Shown here: positions 49,454-62,437 of the stretch, piece by piece
Layout: every line of letters begins with the position of its first letter
Numbering within the stretch: the first letter of the stretch is position 1
Program-made: the position numbers and the translations under genes
The notes under the pieces: model-generated
Told to the model about the DNA's origin: nothing
The model's input: only the letters and a program-made list of their open reading frames with translations
Database searches by the model: none
Assembly (NCBI GenBank): GCA_050084515.1
Contig: CM114271.1
Coordinates: 39,866,001-39,930,000 of the forward strand
Length of the DNA stretch: 64,000 bases
Direction: 5' to 3'
Origin: Blasia pusilla
Taxonomy: Eukaryota

Positions 49454-52400
49454 TCACAAGTGGGCTGGCACCTTCACGCGACTGGCCAATTTCTGCCCCA
49501 ATGTCTTGTCACACTGTTCCACGGAAGAACAAATTGTTAGTTAAGAGATCCCACATCATATGTCAGCTTGAACCACCCCTCCATTACCAAATGGTTACCA
49601 AATGGTGAAGCCATTTGGTACTGGAGAACAGGTGAGATGAGCGAACACATGGACAACAACCAAAACAATCCCAGTGTTGAGATGGTTACTACGAGTCAAC
49701 ATAAAGACACGAACATGAAGCGCCTCCATCTACAACAGGACAACAAACCGGAGTTGAGGGGTCATAATTACCTGAGACCAGTAACCCAGCCATATGTTCC
49801 GAACCTCAGCCGTTACCTTGGGATCCGACAGGTTGTCAACCCATTGGGCAATGAAACGCTCTTGTCTGCATTCGATAAAGCACCAAGAACCCATGATTAC
49901 AAATCATTGCTAAAATATTCAGGTTGTTAGGTCAGGAATCACTACCTGTATCTCATTATAACTAACTGTATCTCATAAGAGTAAGATGCATTCCAGAAAT
50001 CAGGTGAAATAAATTACCTGTCAGGTGCCCATGATCTGAACCTTTGTCCAGGCTGGGTGAAGTTGTTTTCCTTGGCTATCATGACCTGTACACCACAAAA
50101 CCAACACTTAAGTGCCTTCAATGACTGATCAAATATACTCTGAGAGATTTGGAAAATTAGGGTGTTTAACTGGATTTTTTTCTTCGCACATGACTTTGCT
50201 TTCTATAATGTTATACTTTAATGATTACCTGCAAGGTAGTTGCCTTCTATTAGGATACAATCAACTCTTCCTAATTCAAGGTTTTCTTTCCACCCACTGA
50301 ACTTGCACTCGATAGAATTCTGTTTTTCTTGCAGGACCTAAAACCTACTGAAACCTTACAGTGGTACAGAAAAATAGGACTGGTTCAACAGACCAGCAAC
50401 TAACCTTCTCACGTCGTCCAGTAAGAACATGGGATGGGATTGGCACTTTCTCAGAATGGCGTACGGGGTCAAACCGAGATGGGAAATAGTTCACCTGCAT
50501 GTGAACAACCAGCGCATGAGTCCTGACCCCAAGACGTGAGTTATTTCAGGGCTAAAGAATAAGTATTGAAACCATATCAAAGTAGAACAGCAAAACTTTT
50601 TTCACAAATTCACTTCAGAATCACCACTTTCATTTTACCTCTTCATCCCTATGCATGAAGTTCATGGAACCTTCATGGTGATTGTTGTGATATGCACATT
50701 TTGGAGCATTCACAGGTAGCATCAAATAGTTAGGCCCTAATCGATGGCGCTGAGTGTCGGCGTAAGAGAAGATACGACTCTGAAGCAATTTGTCATCAGT
50801 ATAGTACACTCCAGGAACCACAATAGCAGGACAAAATGCCAGCTGTTCATTCTCAGCAAAAAAGTTGTCAATGTTCTTGTTGAGAACCATACGTCCCACT
50901 GGTTGCAAAGGGAATAATTCTTCAGGCCAGATCTTGGTCACATCCAAGGGATCAAAATCAAACTTGTGTTCATCAGCAGGATCCAAAGTTTGAATGAACA
51001 GTTTCCATTCCGGGTAGTCACCAGCAGCGATTGCATCAGTCAAGTCTTTGGTAGCATGACTGTGATTTGATCCTCCAACTACCACAGCTTCCTCAGGCAA
51101 GAGGCACTTCACTCCTTGAGTCGGAATCCAGTGAAATTTCACTAGTGTAGCCTTGCCAGCTTTGTTGATCAAAGTAAATGTATGCACCCCAAAACCCTCC
51201 ATGTGCCTATAGTTCAAAGGGATACCCACATCATCGAACAGGAAGGTGAACATGTGCATACTCTCAGGGTGGTGAGAGAAGAAGTCCAGAATGCGCCAGA
51301 TTTCTTGAATGTGAGTTTTTGGGTTGGGCTTCAGGGCATGAACCATGTCAGGGAACTTCATTCCATCTCGTACAAAGAAAACAGGGAAGTTATTTCCCAC
51401 CATGTCAAAGTTACCCTGCATCAAAAGCAAGAGAACTCCATGGATCAATTACAGGGACCTTATGAATTACAGACCTTCTTCTCCTCCTCCTCCAGAAATA
51501 CAACAAAACACCAAAGAGCACTCAGTCCAATGAAAATGAGACCAACTTCCATCCAGATGGTCCTTGCAAAACTGAATCGTATACCTGGAATATGTCAGAC
51601 TCCACAAACATGTATACAGGCCGTAGCTCATAAAAAACTGCTAAGGAAAAAATGCTCACGTCGTGTTCTACATGTACACCAATAATTCGATCTACAGGGT
51701 AAAATAAGTGATACCTCTCTGGTGTAAAATTTGACTGCAAACCCACGGGGATCACGAATTGACTCCGGACTCCCCCGCTCATGGATGACAGTGGAAAAGC
51801 GGACAATCACGGGTGTTTGAACTCCAGGAGCCCTCAAGAAATCAGCGCAGGAAAGATGTGAGATGTCATGAGTGACCTCGAAAAATCCCTTGGCGCTGGC
51901 TCCTCGAGCATGGACCACTCGTTCGGGAATACGCTCGCGGTCAAATTGGGCAATTTTCTCAAGCAGGTGATAGTCTTCCAACAAAACCGGCCCTACAATC
52001 AGGAATCAATAGGTGAGGCAACCGCACGTTCGACATGGTCAGACTACTGACAAGCAAAGCCACCAAGAAACAACCGAGCCGAAGATAGAGTCTAATCAAA
52101 ATTGCGAACAGGTATGCTGCCCACCACAAATCTAGGAGGGCCTTTCGGCATATCTAATTTCTCTGGTCCACAATTTGTGGAGAAAACTTGCTTACCTCGT
52201 TCACCGACAGTAAGGGAAGCATTGTTATTCCACACTGGAGCCCCAGAGTTGGTCGTGAAGTAGGGGGAGTTGTAAGCGCTTGATGGTCGATACTGCAGAA
52301 ACATGAAACGAATGATGAGTATTTCGTTGTTCTCTAAATAATTTGCATGCTATTCTGTAGACAAAAAACCAAGGACATCTGCCCGGGCAAGTACAAGCCG

Positions 52401-53003
52401 CTTCTCCTGGACGCTGGCAAGTCAGAGTAGGGCTGTCAATGCGACTTGCCACTACCTGACGTCACCGCCGGTGCCTCAAAATGTCACATTTCAATGGGTC
52501 ATTTCCTTTCTCAATTCCGACTAACAGCGCAAATTTCAACACTTTGTGACCGATTGACACCAATACCCTCTCGTCCTTCCAAACGGCTTACATCCCACTT
52601 TTGACCCGCACTCGCTTGTACGCCGAACTTGGCCAGTGCTACATCCAGGGTGAATTCGGAAGAACTAAACAGGGACAATTTCCAGGAAGAGCACTTGGCA
52701 AGTGCTAGTCGTGGCGAGAGACAACGCCAGTGTCTCCACCGCAGAGCTAACAAAAGATTGCGAAATTTAATAGATTCTGAGGACGCCAAATGTGCAGAGA
52801 AAGTTGCTCACTCAGTACACAGTCCACTTCACTGCCCTACCTCCTTCGCAAAACGAATCGCCTCTCCGTCTCTCCAATAGGCGTGACAAATCGGTGACCA
52901 ACCACAACAAGCAAGCACAATTGCAAACACCGACGAACTGATGGAGCACCGCGATAGCAATACAGAAATCAATAGAACGACCAAATACCTTGTAAGGATC
53001 CAT
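49454..53003 (-). CDS. CAT: Catalase (492 aa). Exons 53003-52989, 52292-52196, 51992-51715, 51415-50639, 50494-50405, 50085-50018, 49865-49772, 49513-49454
   Basis: [15 protein letters not shown] start; [20 protein letters not shown] active-site signature; [17 protein letters not shown] heme-ligand signature. Exon lengths 15+97+278+777+90+68+94+60 = 1479 nt, the typical 7-intron plant layout. Confidence 0.98.
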
Positions 53004-54639
53004 CGTTGCACCCCTCGTAGGAGCGTTCTTGACTAGCAATTCCTCTTCCTCCTCGTAGTAAATCTTCCGGTCCTCGTATCGCTGCTCTATTCTGCGGGGA
53101 AGCGTGCTGACCTCGTTCCAAGCACAGGACGAGGGATTTAGAGGACCGACGCGAGATGAGGGAAGGAAGGTAGATAGTTTCTGTGGTAGTCCTCAAAAGA
53201 TCCTCAAAGGGTTGGTCCACATTCACATGGCATGGTATGGCATGGGATGCAGTGAGCCAGCCATGGAGCCATGGGTTATCGTGTCGGCGCCACGCCGAAA
53301 CCAAAGCGGGACATGACAGCCTCGTCTTCAGTCGGTCACTCGTGACACCGGGGACTTCGCGGACCCGGATAAGATCCAGATCCACGGCTTTCGTCATATC
53401 ACGTGTACCCGGAGCCTAATCCACCGCAAAAAAATGTGCCACGTCTCAACACTATTCACCTGTCAGGACCTCCTTCGCCGGGTGTGTGCTTTATCTCGAA
53501 GCACCGGGAGTAGAGTTCCAGAGATGGCCGTCCCGTCGGACGCAACCAGCATTACCAGTAACCACTACCGCGGTGCAGTGGGTGCTCGTTCTAGTACCTT
53601 CATTTCTAAAAACAATACCTCATTTCAAACTTTTTATTTTATTTTTCTTTTTATTTTCACGACTTATTTCACTAAAGCTCATGAACAACACTTCTTCTTC
53701 TCGATCTCCCTATTCGTTACGGCTTCAACTACAACGACTTTTTCAAATAGAAGTTCGTAATTGTGCCACCACATATGGGAGCGCCATGAAATTTTATATT
53801 TTTAGAACTTTGTAAGTATTTTTTAGAAATACAATACGCAAGGGGTGGGGATTCCCATCTCCTCTCATAGGGCCGCACATTAGTTTTACTAGGGCGTCTC
53901 AATGTAGCGTCTGTTAGGGTTGCGACGTCTGACGGCCGCTTGGTTGTAAAACCAGAACGGGAGACTTTTACGTCTTTGGGTAGTTCACTTTGTTAAATGC
54001 CATAAGTCAATTCTATGGGTGCTCTACTTATGTGATGTCGTGTGCTACATGTCTCCGACGTCTCAAAATCACCACGGCCTCACGCCGCCCCGAATTTTGA
54101 AGTGATGTGTATCATGCAATGCAAGCTTTATTCTATATCTCGTCTTGACACATTTGAATTGAATGGAGGGAGAGTCATGAAAGACACTACCACACTCTGC
54201 TTGATTTCTCAAGTAAGTCTGGACCGGCAAGAGTGAGTACCCAATGATAGTCAATTCTGAAGTGCCTTAACGCAGTTGGCTGGAATTTGGTGGAAGATAA
54301 CTTTGCATATCGCATTGGAGGAAGATATTTCATACGAATTAAGCGGGAATTGTGCGGGAAAGATATCACATGCTTCTCAGGGCTTTACTCCCGCCATTCC
54401 TTGTTGCCAAAAATTTAGGGGGATGAAGCTACTAATCAAATTTGCATACTTTTTCAAAAATGGAGAATGAAACTCCATTCTGTTATAGGGAACTTGCAAA
54501 TTTTGGTGCGCCACTCTCGAGACTTATGCTTCTATCAAGATCTTTCTTTGAACATGGTTATTCTGATTAGGTGTTGGGGAGCACAATTAAATATTTTGAT
54601 TAGTGATTAGTCTCGCTTCTATCGGGCTCTCTTTCAACA

Positions 54640-54890
54640 TGATTTATGTGTCTGGCTACTTTGTAGTTCTCTCTTCCGATAAGAGTATATGTTAGGGAGT
54701 TGAGTCTCCAAGTTCTAATTGTAGATTGATGTATTTCGATACCTTTGTAGTTGTCTCTTCCGATCGGAGTAGGTGTTGGTGAGTTTAGATTGGAGTTCTG
54801 ATTGTTGATTTATGCGTGTGGCTACTTTTGTTGTTATCTCTTCCGATCAGAGTGGGCGTTGGGGAGTTTAGACTGGAGTTCTGATTGATG
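54640..54890. repeat. About 83-bp tandem repeat, 3 copies, inside the Harbinger element
   Basis: tctcttccgat recurs at ~54670, ~54754 and ~54837. Confidence 0.8.
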
Positions 54891-55039
54891 ATTACTGATT
54901 TTACCATCATATGTTATGTAAGCACATTCATCAAAACCCACTCTAATGATTTGAAATGCATAAGTACAGATCAAGTAGATGAGTTAATCTGTTGTGTTGG
55001 AGAGGGTGGAGGATTGGGAGCGACTTATCCCACCCTTCA

Positions 55040-55605
55040 AAAGTCATTTGAGAGGAGTAGTAGCGCCTAAACTAAGCGGCAAGCAGCCAATGCAATGAAG
55101 GGTACGTTGCTAGAGTGAAAGATTTCATATGTAGTATGGGGTTATAAAAAGATATTGGAATATTGTGAAGACCTTGAAGACTTTGCAGCATTACATGGTG
55201 TCAGGAGGAAGATAAAAGTTGGAGGGAAAGTGCAATACATATCCTGCTTTTGGAGTTATGGTTGTCTACCAACAAAAATTTGGATTCATGTCTCTTACTA
55301 TCTTGCAGAAAAAGTTCGATAGATATGTGCAAGCATACAAGAAGGCAAAAGAGCTTATAACGAGTACTGGAGGTGGCTTGATAGAAACTCAAATTGCTAG
55401 TGGCTTGTTGTTGGAGGAAAAAGTGAATCAACGATGCCCATTCTTCTATCGAACGGATGCGTTATTTGGGCATCGAGCCAATGTCAACCCCCTTTCCCTT
55501 GCTGCCCTTGGCTTGGAACATTTGTCAACTTCAAAAACATTCAACTCACTGGGTAATTCTCAAGATCCCACCAATTATTCGAGAACTACTCAAGAAGTAG
55601 CATGA
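55040..55605 (+). pseudogene. Harbinger ORF1-like (Myb/SANT-type DNA-binding) remnant
   Basis: KKFDRYVQAYKKAKELITSTGGGL...KVNQRCPFFYRTDALFGHRANVNP resembles Harbinger accessory proteins. Confidence 0.55.
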
Positions 55606-55844
55606 GAGCTTGAGGGCCAATGTCTCGATAGCCAAGTGGACAAGGATTTTCTCAAAAATACAAGTTTTCATCAAGAGTGGATGGCCGCTAGTGACAACTC
55701 ACAATAACTTACTGGACTTTACTTAGAGAATGTGAAGACTCGCTAGTGAAAAATAAATATTATTCTTCTTCGATCATCGAAGACAAATTCAACATTAATT
55801 TAATATCGCGACTTACAATCAAAATAAGTCTCACATTTACACTT

Positions 55845-56330
55845 TGGTCTTTGGCTCAATGGCAACAAGGTCCCATCAATAAGACCCATGCATCAAGGAA
55901 ATCTTTTCTTAGCAAATTCAGCACAGATGCGCTTGTGCTCCTCCTCATCAAGCCATTGGATTTGATTTCCTAACCTATCTTCCAATATCGTCATGCAACA
56001 CCGTGTAGAGTTGATCATAAAGCATTGGGACACTCCCCACAAGAACAAAGAACGTGCTAAAGAAGCCCCGTTGCCCTTATGCCCAAATCTATCTAATGTT
56101 GTTGCCAACTGGGTTGGAATAGGGATTTTTTCCCTACCTAATTCGGATATTAATATTGGGTGATCTTCTATTACTTGAACCAATCAAGAAAATGACTCCA
56201 TGCTCGTGCAAGTCAACTGGCGACAGCTCTTGGGAGCCAAGTCATTAAAGTAATTTTCTACAAAGTCTATACTCTTCAAGAATCCCTCTCGTGGATTCAA
56301 GAATCGTGTGTCAAGCATGTACATATACAT
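55845..56330 (-). pseudogene. Harbinger DDE transposase N-terminal remnant
   Basis: QLATTLDRFGHKGNGAS...LFLWGVS...IQWLDEEE...FP*CMGLIDGTLLPL contains the first catalytic Asp in G.IDGT; truncated after it. Confidence 0.82.
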
Positions 56331-59300
56331 ATCCATGAGATCAAAGCCCATTTCAAGCTCATCATAATCTTAAAAATTCGAATCCTCGTCGAGGATATCA
56401 ATGTAATCTACATCCCAATCATGTATATCACTCTCACCTGAAAACATCTGATCATCTGTCTCGCAATGATTGTTTGCGCTATCTTCGGAAAGGATCTCCA
56501 TTTCTATGAGGCTTTCTACGGTTTTAAGAAGATCCTACCTCTCGGATTGTCTAGGCATGGTTCTTGGATTGTCTAGACATGGTTACTCGCGGTATATAGG
56601 TAGGTCAGTAGCTACCTCAATTGAATCCCATGAGCACAAAAACTACAAATAAATATATTAGGAGAGGGTTCATGCTCACCATGGACTTAGGAGATTACAC
56701 ACAAGAAATAGATTTACTAATTTAGAATTGCCACAATTTCTTGTTGTCACTCTTATGATTAAAAACAATGAATGCATTGAAAGGACCACGAATGTGGAGA
56801 GTTATAGAAGCAATAGAATCAAGAAAGGAAACACGCTCAGTTGAAGAAAAACCCCTAAAATCCCTTCAATTTCCTGAATCATGCATGTTTCTATTCTGGA
56901 ATGAACTTCACATAATATTTTTCAATCTCTGAAGTCTCCCCCATCTCTAAGCAATTTGGAAATTGCCCAAGTGAAAATTAGAGGGATGGGGGGGGGGGGT
57001 TAACTTACTTGCTTTGCGGATCGAGTAATGAACAACGGATTGAAAAGCAAGATTTCACAGGAAATTCTAAATAGAAAGAATTTTCATACATAGCAAGTCA
57101 AGCAAGGCAATACCTAGTTGGAGTAGCGGTTTGAGCACACCAAATCATACCAGCCCATTTCCCACCAGAGAATTTCATATTATTTCATACAAACGAGGCA
57201 GGAAAGCATGTTGAGCGTGCCAAGAAATCAGCAGCATAAGAATGACACGATCATACACAACTAGAGAGGACATCATCGTATAAGAATAACACATTCATAC
57301 ATAGCTAGAGAGGGGCGCACCAACAAGTTGGGTGAGGACAACAAGTTGAGCAGCAACCGCAAGCATTCATTTGCAGATTGACCAACAAGAATTTACAGAA
57401 AAAATTGGAAAATCTATACCCATCACCAAGTACGGCAAGGGCAGCAAGTTGAATGTGCAAGGCAACACCTAGTATGGCAAGGGCAGCAAGTTGGACAAGC
57501 AACGGCTTCATAAGCGTGTACTCGGTGGATTGAGCAAAAAAAGTTCAACGGATTTAGAGCAAAAGATCACATAGCACGATGTGGAGGGGCAGCGAGTACC
57601 GTGTTTGCCTCACACGAGTAGAGTTGGGTTGGAATTGAACGGGGTTGAGAAAAGCCATGATAGTTTTGGACATCCCATGCCAGCATAGGATGTTAGGGGT
57701 GTACATCCACCTCCTATAGCTCTCTGCTCTAGAGGTCAGACATCATATGTAAAAAAATTTACGAAAATAGACATCCGACCTTATGGCCATATTTTGAGAC
57801 ACTCTACTACTTTCATCTTTCAAAATCTTTTCATTGTTTGTGGTACTAGTATTACATTCCGTATCAACATAAAAATCCATGAAATCCATAAATCCATCAT
57901 GTTTCATTTCTTTTATTAAGTGTAAATTTCAATCATTGTAATTTTATTAAAGAGATTAAACCGCCCTAAACCCAAAAGATTCTTGCATGGAATGATTGGA
58001 AATTATACTAAAATTAGATGAAATGTGTTGAAGATGGTGGCACAAATACTTCACCTATGGAGTGAAAATTCATCATTAATCTATTTTAATCTATGTAGTT
58101 AATCTATACAATGATGAAACACATTGGTTTATTATAAGTTTAAGGATTTTAAAAAGAATTCTATGAGAAATGAAACATAAAATTAATTCATGCCATAATT
58201 TACATATGAATTTTTTTTCATCCATAAAAATATGAGATAATTTTATGTGATGTAACAATTGAAAAATTAAGAAATACTTGTGTTAGAAATGCTTTTGTCA
58301 CGATAAATTTTAACTAGTATTTAATAAATGTATTAATAAAAAAATTTCCATTGTTCATAAGAGAAATTGAATTCTTCTGTGGAAATCGGATGAGGGTTCA
58401 TTGCGTAACACGTAAGTTCCAAGTTGCCAAAACCAAGGCGTGCTATTAGTACCAAGGTGACAATAGGACACCGAGTAGATAGTGATGCACACCGTAACCT
58501 AAGGAAATTTTGCTTAATATTTGTTGTGTGGTCATTTTAAGCTTCTTAAATAAAAATCGTTGAAATAATGGATTTATTAACTAGTTTGGAAGAGGTGTGG
58601 GGGCCCCAACCACCCCCGCAAGAGATGGAAGGAGATTGTTGGGCTCTCTTATTTATGGCCCAATCGCCTCCAACTGGCCAATTGGAGAATTGCTTAGCGC
58701 TTTTTTTTGTTCTTGGAAGAATTTACCAATTTTACTTTGAGGGTAGATACAAGGTATGACAATTTGAATAGATCACAAAGAACCTCAAGTGAGATTTCGT
58801 GAACATTTATTCTTCTCGTACAATCAACAGGCAATTACCTTCTTCAATTGGTTTGGTAAAGCAACCAATTATTAGCAAGATCCAAAATGAAACGGGATGG
58901 CCAGGTGACTTTCATGTTTTGGAGACTAGTCGATTACAACTTTCAACATTAAGAAAATTCAATGAAACTTATTATGGTGGGTGATACGTGAGTCGAGATT
59001 GTTACTTTTCATCAACTTGGACGCTAATTGGTTGATATTTTAAGTGCTATAGTTTTTTATCAATGCTTTTTTAATTTCCCCTCACAAGAAATATGATATT
59101 TTAAAAAGTGCTACTCATAATTTAAATCAATATATATTCATCTTATTCATACCCATAGAAATAATATTGTGCCCCAAATAGACCTTTTTAGCAAATATGC
59201 AACATATGGTTGCACGTGTTTTTTAATATTTTGATCAAAATTTTCCAAAATGAATGGGATGACTTTACACAAAATCCTTAAATCCTTAAATGGAACTTAT

Positions 59301-59979
59301 TTTAATCACGTGTTGAAATTTGTATATAGATAGTGATTCCATAAATTACTATCAAGCTCTCATTCTAAGTAACTAAAGCTTCATTTTACTCCAACAACTT
59401 TGATTACTTTATTTATGCATCCATTGATCTCATATTAATGAAATTTTTACAATTTTCCCACCAAAAATAGTTTTCAAATCATACGAAGGTATCCAATTGT
59501 ACACCTCAATCGTCAATGCACAAATTCTCAAAAATATTGGTACGAAAAGAGTGATTTTCGATCGGGTTGAAAGATACGGTGATTTTTCACACACAAAACT
59601 ATGAAACGATCATGCAATGCCAATCCAGGTTGACAATCAAAATTTTATGTTGAAGACTTCACAAAATTGCACCAATGCGACTGAAAATTGCTTTGCAAAT
59701 GTTCAACTATATAAGCTATGACGAGTCAAGTCACCCCACGTGATCATCCCAACATCAAATATGAGGGACAAATTTTCAAAATTGTTATGAGAATCAACTT
59801 TCCTTATAAATCTAGGATAGCATATTTGATTATTTGAATTCAAACCTTTGAGAGATTATTCACTCTTGATCCTCATTGTCATACGTACCACTATCATTTT
59901 AAAAATTTACACCTCTAAATTTTTAATACATGACTTGGTTACAACGGCTATTTTTTCTTGCCTCTTGTAACATCATTTA

Positions 59980-60167
59980 CTAGTTAGGGCCCGTGAGATG
60001 CGTGGTAATAGACATGTATACAACCTGGTTCTATAATTTTACATGTATATATGTGTATGATTAGTAAAAAAGTGTCACATGTAGCTATTTGAAGGTGTCA
60101 AAAGTGCCACGTGTTGCCATTTGAAGGTGTCGTCGTTTGAGAAGCGCTCCTCATATAATAGTAGAGA
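59980..60167 (-). mobile_element. Mini non-autonomous Helitron (188 bp)
   Basis: On the minus strand: A|TCTCTACTATTATA ... imperfect hairpin ccacgcatctcacggg ... CTAG|T. Confidence 0.75.
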
Positions 60168-62437
60168 TGTTACATGTGCCAAGACATGAAGATGGGAGCC
60201 TCAAATAATAGTAGAGATGTCACATGTGCCTAAACATGAAGATGGAAGCCATGTAGAGTTGTGATGTGGAAAAATATGAATCATCCATAATGTGGGGGGA
60301 AAACTCAACGTTCGTTTGGCATTAGCTCTTTTCGCTTACTACCCGTGCCCTCCATTTCTCGCATATCCCCTTCCGCTTTTCTCCTCCACTCACCCGCCAC
60401 ACATACCACTTGTGGCTTAGAAAAAGCTACGAATAGCGATGTGAGTGACCCACGAAAGGAAAACATTTGGATTCACTTTGTGCCTCTCAGCATCCACTCA
60501 CACAATCCGACCTTTTACCGGGGACCTGGACTTAGTCATATGTGAGCGAGGGTCTGGACATAGTCACCGTCAGAGCCGCGGTTACCACGGTAACTGCTCA
60601 TCCCCACACCGACTTCCACTTCCAGGGGGAGCCCCCTGCAAGCACCTTAGACCACGACACGTCGGGCAACTGCTCCTGGACAGGGAATCCCGTTTTGGAG
60701 AGACGGGTACCTCCTGACTGCTTCGCGACTTCGTATTTACGATCGAAGGATATCCATTTTATTAAGAGTATATCTTTTTCTTTCTTCTATGAGAGGACCG
60801 GACGGCGATTCATTACACGGTCAGGGTGCTTCCTTACGGGGGAGTGAATGGCCCTGATTCCCTACTCGCGCCGGTGGCTATCACCGACTAGATCCAGGGT
60901 ACGATGCCGTTCGCAAACTCACGGTCGGCTTTGGCGAAGTACCCAATAGGACTAAGGCTGGGGACTCTTCCGGTATTCCGTGAGACGGTAGTTTTCGTCT
61001 GACCGCAAATTAGGAAAGAAAATCGGAAATTCTAGAATCTAGACAAAATCCCGCCAGGTCAACACTTGACCTGGGCCTTGCAAATAGGGAGAGTCTACGG
61101 TAACCTCCACTTTGGCGATAGCCACGAACTCGATCCCGTTTACTGGAGTTACTAGTAGCTACTACCTAAGGCGGAAATCGCCGGTTGTTCACGGATACCT
61201 CTTCGGACGTGTGCAGGCGGGAGGTGCTTCGACGGGGTTGCGGTTGTGGGTCGCCGCGAGCCCCCACGACGCCCTAGAATCCATGGAGCTCTTGATTTCC
61301 TCGCAAGTCAAGCCACAAGTACAAATTTTGTGAAGTACCCAGGCTCTTTAGCGGTCAGAGTCACCTTACAAGCTGGTATCTAGAGAGATGCGCGGGGTCC
61401 ATATGTGCATTTGTGGTAGAGGATTACGTTCATTCAATCTCGCGGGAATGATTCAAATACGATAATCTGGACCAAATGAACACGGTGTTCTCGAACTTTC
61501 CCTTCCACTTTCGATAGGCTCTCCTAGTTTGAATCATCTTCCAAAAGGTAATTAACTCAAAATCTCTTTGGAAAGACGACATATTTACAGGATAAAAAGT
61601 GAAAGAACTCTCTAGTAGTGGTAAACAGATGGCTTCATGAATGATTTATATCATGGGGACCGTTGACAGTATATTTAGGGTTCTTCGCTCTCATCAATAT
61701 GAATTCGACTATACCATCGAGATAGGCCAGGCCAATGATACCCGTACCTGAGTCGCGTCCACAATTACCCTTACCAGAGGTCTTTTCATGGGGGTTACCA
61801 CAGCCTCATCAAGCAAGGTATTTCTTAGCATAGTTTGATAAACATCGCGGTTGCTTTCGACCCAATTCCACGGTGCAATTAGCGTTGAAATGGCACTGTT
61901 CGCTCCAACACGATGGCATCCAAGACGCATTACAAACACCGTTCTGATACATTGTACGCCGCGTACTACTCTCCAGCGAAGAAACTGGAGGACCTTAGAT
62001 ATTCCACGCTACAGTGAACATTCAATCCTACTGTCACCTGTCATTGCATTTCATTGTGAGCATCGAAGAAATATTCATATCACAATATATTTTACATCAG
62101 AGCCAATTGCGGCCTAAACTCTGAAACTAAGCAACATGCTACAGAGTCTCAAGCAGTCTTGATATCCGCAGCGTCATCTTTCACATGGTTCCACAAGAGG
62201 TGTAGATGCCATCCTGCAAATTATTTGCAGCGCATTCGAAACCATGCCATCAGCGAGATGGGTTGGTCCAGGTGCACCGGACCTCACGGCCCTGAAACAA
62301 AGGTCTGCTAATCTATCCAGCTAACCTACAACCCCCCAGCTTCTCAGAATTCGAGAAATGGGTAAAGCTGTGCTGCTTTTAGAGACTCGAACAAGAGATT
62401 CTAAATCGGATTTCAAGGAATAAGTTTAATGAGAAAA

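Larger units (their letters stand above)
53891..57805. mobile_element. PIF/Harbinger DNA transposon, internally deleted
   Basis: Imperfect 12-bp TIRs AGGGCGTCTCAA / TTGAGACACTCT with ACT on both flanks (3-bp TSD). Holds convergent remnants of a Myb/SANT-like ORF and a DDE nuclease. Confidence 0.72.

Noticed and set aside
51182-51685. 167-aa plus-strand ORF
   Set aside because: Antisense shadow of catalase exon 4.
60345-62300. GC-richer unique region with several short ORFs
   Set aside because: No recognisable motifs or consistent exon chain; may be UTR or regulatory sequence.
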